Shown here piece after piece: positions 39,650-48,606 of a DNA stretch of 64,000 nt. The position numbers and the translations under genes are program-made. The notes beneath the pieces are model-generated. The model was not told the origin of the DNA. It ran no database searches and saw only the letters and a program-made list of their open reading frames with translations. This DNA comes from Ramazzottius varieornatus (taxonomy: Eukaryota; Animalia; Tardigrada), in the NCBI GenBank assembly GCA_001949185.1, contig BDGG01000007.1, positions 2,278,112 through 2,342,111 on the forward strand, given 5' to 3'. Position 1 is the first letter of the stretch. Each line of letters opens with the position of its first letter.

Positions 39650-40400
39650 ACAAAAAGATCGAAAACTTATAAGTTCCGATATTTATTCATCAGTTGAGGG
39701 GGAATTTCCCTTCTCTACTTTAGGGCAACGTTCTCCAGGTTGACTACCGATTTTACTGACTGATAAACCGCCTCAATACATTGGCGCTCCGCGCAGTTGC
39801 ACCAGGTCAACGTGCATCTGCAGCACAGCTGCTTAGCCACTGGGCATGAAAGTAACGCAGCACAGCGCAGCGTACTTTTGGACCTGCGGCCCAGTGCTCT
39901 ACTTTACCTCTGCTTTTTTTGGTCGGTTTACAATTATTCGTCTTTGGACTGGTTGATATTGTACTTTTTAAAAAATTACAGAGAAAATTTTGTTTTATTG
40001 TTTCTAGTAATAACTTTTGCTATGTTTATTGAGTTGCCCTTTTATGGGCTCCACTTGTGACTGCCGAAGGATCATGTTGAAGCTCCCGTTTCAGGGTCAA
40101 TAGTTTTGGCTGCTATCTTATGCTATTAAAATTAAGATTATACGGATTTTATCGCACTTTACTCTTAATAAAACCTCTATCCTTCTTTTTGTTTGCTTTG
40201 GTTTTCATCTTATGGGGAGCTCGTTTAAGTAGACTAGTGTGTTTACGGCAAACAGATATAAAATCTTTAATTGCTTATTCTTCGGTGTGACATATGGGTA
40301 TTATACTTGCTGGGGTTTTCTTTTTAGAGACAAATGGGGTTTAAGTTTGTTATATCATTCTTAACTGCTCTATTTATAATTATGTTATTAAATTTTGTTT
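39650..40400 (+). pseudogene. nad4: NUMT nad4 fragment with internal deletions
   Basis: LHLWLPK.HVEAPVSGSMVLAA, LRQTDMKSLIAYSSV.HMG (invertebrate mitochondrial code). Confidence 0.92.
39716..39901 (+). mobile_element. 5'-truncated copy of the TAGAGCA hAT MITE in nad4
   Basis: Near-identical to the reverse complement of part of 44874-45309; ends CCAGTGCTCTA; left end and some nad4 sequence are missing. Confidence 0.85.
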
Positions 40401-40407
40401 TATAACA

Positions 40408-40468
40408 ATTGATTTAGTTTAAGTATAGAAATACTGTATCGTGGTTACAAAATGGCTTTCCAATTAAT
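40408..40468 (+). pseudogene. trnH: NUMT tRNA-His(GTG)
   Basis: Anticodon arm TGTATCGTGGTTACA between nad4 and nad5. Confidence 0.65.
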
Positions 40469-40556
40469 ATTTTTTATGGTTTAGAGGGGTATTTTGTTCT
40501 TGATTACATCTTTTTTCTTACTTAATAGGGGTATCACAGTTATGGAATTACAACTA

Positions 40557-41925
40557 CTGTATTCCCGCGAAAGTTTTGCGCAGTCACGTGAAATGCCCGT
40601 AAATTACGCCGGCAGGGACAGAAAAGGTCTGTGTCTTCAATCAAAGACACTCGTCAATCAATTGCCATACACTTTATTCTTCCGAGAAAGAGTCTTCCAC
40701 CGAACTGAAACTAGACTCGAAAGACCTTTCCAAATCATCAGGGCTATCCAGAATCTCACCACCCCGAATTCCACTGAATTCCACCACCCCGAATGAGTAC
40801 TGAAGATGCGGACGTTTTCGGGAATCTCCAACTTGTTGAGGATTCTCGGCGACAACTTTCCGGTTTTCTTGTTACCTTTGAACACAACGGAAGCTGGAAA
40901 TTTCCAACCGTTGGCGCTGATCGTGAGGCACACCGTGAGACACTCAGAATCTCCTGGAGGTTGCACTACTCGCACTTCCTTGGCACCTTTCGGGGACAAA
41001 GTCTTTTTATAGGTGTTCTGCAGCCTGACTGATGTTTGGTCCATGTTCATTATGAGGTAAGGATGATGAGGGTTGTTGATGAAGACAGCTTCGAATATCC
41101 TGTGTAGGAAAAATTCTTCCTGGATCTGCAGAAAAGAAAGAGGTAAATGGCAGTCAACTTTGCGCATGACGTCACAAATCGTAATGTCATAGCAAGTAAC
41201 AAGGCTTAAGGGAAAATTTTCACAATATGACGTCACACATTGTACGTAAGCAGATCCCTTACCTTATCTTCTTCCGTTTGGGCGAACTTTCGGCCAATCT
41301 TCGTTGTGACTCGTAGCACTAGTCCGCGTCGCTGCCTGAAGTCTCCGACCCGGCCTTTTGAAGCTTTGAATCACGTGACTCTTCGCTCAGCGGCGACAGC
41401 AATAGCCATCCTTTGCAAATCGAAGTCTCGAGTTGGTTTGGAGGCCTTCTGGTGGTCTTCATATCGCTTGTACACTTCGTCTTCGAGCTCGGGGTGCTGA
41501 ATTCTCCTGCCAGAGTCGTTGATCTCATCCGGAAGCTTTCCAGACCTGTCCATGACAAAAGTTGCTGTAGATACATACTGTACAAGGTTTTCAAACAAGT
41601 TGGAGCATTTCTTACTTCCAAGCACGCAATGTCGATTCCGGAATGCCGACGGCTTTGGCATAACTGCGAAAGCTTCCCTCCCACCTCTCCAAGGCACTAA
41701 CGTGACGCTTCGCCTCCTCAACGGAGTGTGTATTATAAGATTTAGAAGTCATTCCGACGAGATACCTGACACATGGGATTCCGGACAGAAAATCAGAAAC
41801 AAAATGCAACAAGTGAAAACGGGATGGGCCCCAATCAGGCAATCAATGCATTGTACATTAAAATGTTCGTAGGTTTGATTTATGGGTATGACACGTGACT
41901 GCGCAAAAACTTCGCGGGAATACAG
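40557..41925 (-). mobile_element. 1369-bp pogo/Tigger-like element with a decayed, intron-containing transposase
   Basis: TIR CTGTATTCCCGCGAA...GCGCAGTCACGTG; TA TSD; HTH GIPESTLRAWK; CENP-B-type HPELEDEV...FKASKG; DDE_1 start IMNMDQT...LTVCLTISANG.K.PA.VVFKG; premature TGA at 41371; C-terminus lost. Confidence 0.92.
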
Positions 41926-43338
41926 TATTCAACTCGTTTTTTACCTCTTTATCTATTTCTTTTGTAATTGATTTTTATTCTATTTTATTTGCTTCAATTG
42001 TTAGTCTTATTTCTTCTATGATCTTTTTTCTCCCAGTTTCATATAGAGGGGGATTATCAGCAGAGGGGTTTTACATTACTTTTGAGGGGTTTTGTATTTT
42101 CGATGCTTTTTTAAATTTTTAGCTTTAATTTGTTTTTTTCACTTGGGCTTAGTTTCCTATTTATCAGTGGTGTTTCACGGAAGAATTTATAGCTCAGTTG
42201 CGGGGATATTAACCTTTTTAATAAATCGTGTGGGGGATATTTTTTTCTCTTTTCCATTAGGTTGTTTTCTCTGTTTTCCTGATTTTCGTATTTTGATACA
42301 AAAATTCCAGGGTTTACTCAGTTAGGCGCTTTTTTTTATTTATTACCTTTATTACAAAAAGAACTGAAATTCCTTTTTTTTCTTGGCTTCCAGCTGCTAT
42401 GGCCGCCCCCCACACCTGTGTCGTCATTAGTCCACTCCACTTTCGTGACAGCGGGTACGTTTCTTTTAATTCGTTTTAGTCCTTTAATATCGAGAGCTTG
42501 TTACCCCCTTATGGTTTTTAGCCTTCTCTATATTGATAGCTGGAACAATAGCTAATTTAGAATGGGATATAGAGAAAATTATTGCATACTCTACCTTAAG
42601 ACAACCTTCTTTCATGATATTTTCCTATTCGACAGGTTTAATTATTTTTTGTTTTTATCACTGCTAACTCATGCTCCATTTAAAGCCTCCCTTTTTATAA
42701 GAGCGGGCGTGGTAATTCATGGGGAAGACAGAAGACAAGATTTTCTTCTGGTAAAAAATTATTTGCACCTTCGTTTATAGAGTGCATTCTTTCCTTGTGT
42801 GGTTTGCCTTTTTTGTTTGGTTTTCTTCCTAAAGACTTGATTTTGGTTGCTCTGTTGAAAAGAATAATATGTATTATTTTGTTTTCAATTGGGGTTTTAT
42901 TAACCATTTTATACTCCCTACGATTTTCTAACTATATATTGATTTCCTTTCTTCGTTCCGTTCAGCCCTATCAGGGGTTTACGAAACTGTCAAGTATCTG
43001 GTTTTCCCACTTGAAGATCAATTATTTCTTCTATTGCTGTAGGCTCTTTTTGAAGGGATTTTTTTAAGTTTTTGTTTTTTTTACTTATTTGTTATCAATT
43101 TGAAAATTTTTTCATCTGCCATTAGTAATATTTTTATTGTTAGTGTTTTATATAGTTGTTTTGAAAGAGGATCTTCTTTCTTAAATTATATGGTGGTTTT
43201 TAAATCACAATATAAGTGCCCGAGGTTGATAAATATTTAATATGATAGCCGATAAAGTCTTTTGTTTTGTCGATCAAGGATGATTAGAGCTTTATGGGCC
43301 TCAAAAAACTTTTTTCTCTTTAACCGTTATCTCTAGGG

Positions 43339-43770
43339 TAGAGCACGGAATCTGGCCGCATGCGCTGTACTGCACTGCAGCTGTGCTGTGCTGCAGCACA
43401 GCTGCAGTACGGAAATCGACGAAACTTGTGCAGCACAGAATACAGCAGGAAGCCGAAGACTGCCGCGCAGATCTACGGACCAACACTCAACAAAAATTGG
43501 TATATTTGGGTACTCGAGCTTCAGGCATCTGAGTTTTGCCGTACCGTATGGCTACGTTTTCCCCGATGGACTAACCATTTTGCCGACAATACTATAACAA
43601 AAGTCAGTACATCAGCGTGCTGCGCAGTTGAAAAAGGTCCATGTGCATCTGCAGCGCAGCTGCCTAGCCACTGCGCATGAAAGTTGTGCAGCACAGCGCA
43701 GCGTACAGCGACCTGGTAGCGTGCGCAGCACAGTCGCTGCGTAATTTTGAACCTGCGGCCCAGTGCTCTA
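43339..43770 (+). mobile_element. 432-bp hAT MITE in nad5
   Basis: TIR TAGAGCAC ... GTGCTCTA; perfect 8-bp TSD CTCTAGGG; GCAGC/GCTGC subterminal repeats. Confidence 0.93.
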
Positions 43771-43849
43771 CTCTAGGGTAAGAATGTCTTTTGTGAGATG
43801 AAGATTAGTGTACTTTTTTTCACTCTTTATTTTATTATTAATTTATTCA

Positions 43850-44212
43850 TTTGTTTGAGTAGCTTATATAAAAGCTTAGATTCGAAGATTTTAATAAAAG
43901 TAATTTTCTTTCACAAAATAAAGCCTTTGGCATTTTTGTAATGGAATCATAATACGTTATTTTACGTCATCTATTCAAAGAATTTTCGTGAGATGCACAA
44001 CTATTACAGTTAGCGGCTTTAGATCTTAAATTCTTTGAATTGAAGTTTTCTTATGGTTTTAGTTAACACCTAAACACTGTTTTAGTCACAATTTATAATT
44101 AATAAGGATTAATGAATCAAAAAGTAGGTCGAAACTACCAATGTCTTATTTCTGGGTGCGGCCAATGACAATTTTTAATTGCAATTTAACTTTTATATTT
44201 TTAAATACACTC
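43850..44212. pseudogene. NUMT tRNA cluster F(+), E, S1, N, R, A (-)
   Basis: Anticodon arms GAA (~43893), GCT (~44012), GTT (~44065), TCG (~44130), TGC (~44181); the Glu call rests mainly on position; ancestral panarthropod order. Confidence 0.75.
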
Positions 44213-44515
44213 CCGTGACCAATCTAAAGCGCCTTGCTGTCATTCAAAAATTTCAATATCAAAAACTAAAAAGATTACTGTAATGATAAAGAACCGTAAT
44301 GAAAATGCTTTGCGATTGGTGTGGTATGAGTCAAACCCACACTCAAAACTGCTTATCTTTTCTCGTCATTTAATTCGATTTGGGTTTTTAATATATGGAA
44401 CAGTAACATAATAAAACTAATAACTGCAATTAGACTACATATTGGTATTAAAATTACTCTATTTAGGAAAAAATTTTTGATTGGAAACAAATACACTAAA
44501 TATATTAAAAGTGTA
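44205..44515 (-). pseudogene. nad3: NUMT nad3 and tRNA-Gly(TCC)
   Basis: [12 protein letters not shown]...[19 protein letters not shown]; TTTGTTTCCAATCAAA anticodon arm at ~44477-44492. Confidence 0.88.
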
Positions 44516-45660
44516 GTAACCTCGTCAATATAGAAAATTACACAAAAATAATCACACTACGTCGACAAGATGTCAATATCACATAGCAGCTTCTAAATCT
44601 AAATGATGGTTTAGGGAGTATGTCGTATAAATGATACGAATAAGAAAATTCTTCCTACTAATACGTGTAAACCATGAAAACCAGTTGCCAAAAAGAAAGT
44701 TCTCTCAGATCTTGAGTCTCCGATTGAATAAGTGAATTCCCAGTATTCTCCAGCTTGTAGGGTGGTGAAATGTAATCCAATAATAATTGTAACTAATACT
44801 TTCACTTTTATGTCTTTATTATTTTGTTCAATCAAGCCATGGTGGGCTCAAGTCACAAAAATACCTCTTGTAATAGAGCACTGGGTAGCAGGTCCAAATG
44901 TACGCTGTAACTGTGCTGCGCACATTACCAGGGCGCAGTACGCTGTGCTGTGCTGCACACCTTTCATGTTCAGTGGCTAAGCAGCTGTGCTGCAGATGCA
45001 CGTTGACCTGGTGCAGCTGCGCGGAGCGCCAATGTATTGAGGCGGTTTGTAATTCAGTCAGCGAAATCGGTAGTCAACCTGGAGAACGTTGCCCTAGAGT
45101 ACGGCAAAGCTGAGACGGCTGACGTTCGAATGCCCAAAAACTGTAATTTTTGTTAGGTTTCGGTAGGTGCATCTGCGCGGTAGTCTATGGCATTCTGCTG
45201 TATGCTGTGCTGTGTCGCACAAATTTCGTCAGTTCACGCGCTGCAGTTGTGCTGCAGCACAGCACAGCTGCAGTGAAGTGCAGCGCATGCGGCCAGATTC
45301 CTTGCTCTATCTTGTAAGTAGAACCGATAAGTTTAAAAGTGGAACTTGAAAGGGGTTAATTGCTGTAACACCTAAAGGAGGTCACGTTAGTCCGAGTTCC
45401 ATATTGGGGGCTAATCTTCTATGAAAAAAACTTCAAAAAAAAGAAAAAAATCAATTCCAGAGGTAATATATAATACTATACCTCATCGTAGACCATACAT
45501 AACCAAGTTTCTGTGATAACCTTGGTAAGAGCTTTCTCGTGATATCTCGTCACCATTGGAAGGTATTAAGAATAGTTAATATAAGACCCGTGTTTATTAT
45601 TGTGGGTGATTTAGTGTATATTCAATTAATAGTTTCAACTAGAAGAAACAAAAATTCAAT
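44510..45660 (-). pseudogene. cox3: NUMT cox3 (5'-truncated, interrupted at 44874-45309)
   Basis: FQWWRDI.RESSYQG, WPPLGVTAINPFQVPLLN, TWAHH, FFLATGFHGLHV, EAAMWYWHLVDVVW. Confidence 0.95.
44874..45309 (-). mobile_element. 436-bp hAT MITE in cox3 (same family as 43339, opposite orientation)
   Basis: TIR TAGAGCA ... TGCTCTA; perfect 8-bp TSD TCTTGTAA. Confidence 0.93.
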
Positions 45661-46375
45661 AAAAAAGAAAAATTGAAAAAAGAAAAGAAGTATATAGAAG
45701 CCTTATTCATAAAATCTTAGCATACTCAGCTATAAAAATTAAAGCAAATATTAAACCCCCGTATTTAACGTTAAAACCAGAAACTAGCTCAGATTTACTT
45801 TCAGCCAAATCAAAAGGAGCCCGATTCGTCTCCACAACACATGAAATAAAAAACTACTACTAAGGGGGAAAGGAAAAAGATTCTAAAGTAAGTGTGAAAA
45901 TTATAAATCTCAAAAAAACTGTATGAAACAAAAAAACACCAAAGACAAAAAGATAAAAGCGAGGGTAATTTCATAAGATACAGTTTGAGCAACAGTACGA
46001 AGACCCTCTATCATAGCATATTCAGAATTGGAAGACCACCCTGAGAAAATTACCTCATACACTCTTACACTAATACAACACAAACAGAAGAGAGAATTTA
46101 AAATCGAGATAGCCTGAAAAGCTAAACAAAGAAACTCATACATAATAATTACAAAACCCAAAACTGGAGAAAACCAATAGAACAAAAAATTTGAAATTTT
46201 TTTTCTCTGGAAAACAGTTTTAAAGCATCTGCAAAACGTTGAAATGAACCTGCTATACCAAGCTTATTAGGACCTTTATGAAGTTGACTATATCTCAGTA
46301 CCTTGCGTTCTAATAGCGTTAAAAAAGCAACAGCAACCATAACAAAAACTAAAATTTGAAGATAATAAACAAAAA
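45660..46375 (-). pseudogene. nad1: NUMT nad1 (3'-truncated)
   Basis: [71 protein letters not shown]. Confidence 0.95.
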
Positions 46376-46389
46376 CATCAAATAAATAA

Positions 46390-46580
46390 AGTATTTTCAG
46401 AAAAAATAAAATTTATATCTGAACTTTAAATTCAAAGCACTAATCTGCCAGACTAAACTTTAAGACAATGTAAATTTATATGATACCCTATCAAAATAGT
46501 CCTTTTTCAGGCATCATAAAGTGTATAAAATATATTTTTAAATCCTAAATTTAATACACTAATCTCCCAACAAAAATGAA
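46390..46580 (-). pseudogene. NUMT tRNA-Leu(TAA), tRNA-Ile(GAT), tRNA-Leu(TAG)
   Basis: Minus strand: TTGAA-TTTAAAG-TTCAG; GATGCCTGAAAAAGGACTATTTTGATAGGGTA; TTAAA-TTTAGGA-TTTAA. Confidence 0.8.
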
Positions 46581-46659
46581 AAAAAAACAAATGCATAATA
46601 ACAATAGTTAATTTTAATTACATTTGTTAACAATGTGTTAAAAGTTAAAACACTTTAAT

Positions 46660-47305
46660 CCTTGTTCCCATCCAGAATGGCATGGAGTTCAACGGGAGAG
46701 TCTGGAAGAAATAGCTTGCCTGTCGAAGGATGAGCTGGATCGTCGACTGGGCAAGTCCGGAGTGAAGCCATCAGCCAAAGTCCAGACTGTCGCCTTCCTC
46801 CAGTGCGTCCATAGGGTTAAAGGTATGAAAGTGTTGCATTTAGTTTCAGTCCGAGACCGATAAAATATTGGTAAACACAAGGTAAACACTTCCCACAAGA
46901 ACAGGATCCAGGTCCAGAGAAATTGGAAATATCGGACTAAATGGATTGTGATTATGGCGATGAAAGTTTCAGAAGGATCGTGATGAAGTTATGAACTCAG
47001 CCACAAAGCCAACCTTCAGCCAGTAAGTCTACGGTTCCAGAGTATGCTGATGTGTTCAGACGATGGCTCGTTGAAGCTTAAAGATGACATCTTGTGTTTG
47101 GATCGTCTGAGACTGGAATGCACGGCTTAATGCGTTTCCCATTTCTGTTTAGGTAACTTGCTGGACGAGAACTCGTTTCGCATTTCAGTTGGGTTTGCGT
47201 CTTGGGGCTAGGCTCTATGAGCCCCATGCTTGTCGTTGCAAAAAACTTGTCGACGAGCTGGGGCGCCACGACTTGTCTTGTCAGTGGAGTGCCGGACGTC
47301 ATAGA
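46660..47305 (+). mobile_element. Fragment of a CRE-like non-LTR retrotransposon (C-terminal zinc-knuckle region)
   Basis: Across frameshifts reads LNAFPI..LGNLLDENSFRISVGLRLGARLYEPHACRCKKLVDELGRHDLSCQWSAGRH, as found upstream of the restriction-like endonuclease in CRE elements. Confidence 0.7.
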
Positions 47306-47311
47306 CTTAGA

Positions 47312-47575
47312 ACAATAAACAAACTCATCAAATAAATAAAGTATTTTTGGAAAAAATAATATTTATATCTGAACTTAAAACTCAAAGCACTAATCTGCCA
47401 GACTAAACTTTAAGAAAATGTAAATTTATATACTACCCTATCAGAAACGTCCTTTTTCAGGCATCTTAAAGTGTATAAAACACATTTTTAAATTTTAAAT
47501 TTAACATGCTGCCCTCAGCAAAAATTGTAAGAAAACAACAAATACATAATAATAATAATTAATTCTAATTACATC
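47312..47575 (-). repeat. Diverged second copy of the mitochondrial trnL2-trnI-trnL1 block
   Basis: Aligns colinearly with 46363-46625, with scattered substitutions. Confidence 0.9.
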
Positions 47576-48606
47576 CTTAAACAGGGTACTCGCACGAACT
47601 TGAATCTCTATATTATATTAATTGATGAAATGATGAATAAAACATTATATAAGAATAATATGTAAAATAAGACTAAGAAACAGAAAAGAGAAAAGAATCT
47701 AAAATAAATGGTTCAAGATTAATAAAGCAAGCAAGCGCGACCCCAGAAGGTCGATTGCTCTGACACCCCTTTTTTCTTTTATATATTGGCGAAAACTAAA
47801 CTATAATGTAAAGGATATATTTTACTAAGGCTTCTTCAAAACTGGCGCTTCGGGGTTCTTTCTATATAGAGACACGATACGTTCCACGGAAACAGATGTT
47901 TTCACAGTGTTTTAGAATTCCAAGTTTCCATTAAAGAATTTTGGAAAAGGAAAATAGGATATAGGAATATTGGGAATTCCTTCCTATTTTTCATTCCAAG
48001 AGGGTTTGGCCTCGAATGCACAACCTTAGCCGCAAACGGCTTGAGCCGGCTTCATCATGATGACTCAGCAGGTTTTGAGACCCAGATCTTCTCCATTTCT
48101 TTTTACGAACAAAATTCCAGCGAACACTAAAATTCTTCTGGTTTATGGATGATCCGACTTTCGAACTTGTGCTATAGAAACTACCCGAAGATCATATTTC
48201 GGCTATTCATTACATATTACATCGCGTAAGATCATGTCATGTTGATTAATATCGTAATTCATTGTAATCTGATGGTTAAAAACCTATCGGAGCTATTTGC
48301 TGAGTCCGGCTAGCCGTTTGACATAACGGCTAGCCCTTATGTCAAACGGCTGGTGAGTCGTACGTCATGTCGACTACATCTACTCTACTTGCGATTTCGG
48401 AGACCCGACTTCCGGTAGCGAATGCAGTCGATTTGGAACCATTCGATGCCTTGATTGAACAAAATAAGACCGGTTTCGCAAGTCACGTTTCGGCTCTGAC
48501 GTTCGTCACGTTTCAACTTTGCAGATTATTCAACCCATTTGCAGATTATTCTACTATCATTTTTTTATTTTCTTTTTGAGACTCCTCTGTACTTTATCCC
48601 TGCACC

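Larger units (their letters stand above)
40470..43850 (+). pseudogene. nad5: NUMT nad5 (interrupted by two transposons)
   Basis: TFLMNRVGD, PFFSWLPAAMAAPTPVSSLVHS, LLTHAPFKASLF, SLCGLPFLFGF.PKDLIL; many frameshifts. Confidence 0.93.
37521..48028. mobile_element. hAT-type TIR element (10.5 kb) enclosing mitochondrial DNA
   Basis: Perfect 15-bp TIR TAAGGTTGTGCATTC / GAATGCACAACCTTA; flanks GCCGCGAA (37513-37520) and GCCGCAAA (48029-48036); both subterminal regions align with the ends of 14254-14834. Confidence 0.88.

Noticed and set aside
37890-46625. Functional mitochondrial genome or contaminating mtDNA contig
   Set aside because: Frameshifts, stops, deletions and nuclear transposons with TSDs show long nuclear residence.
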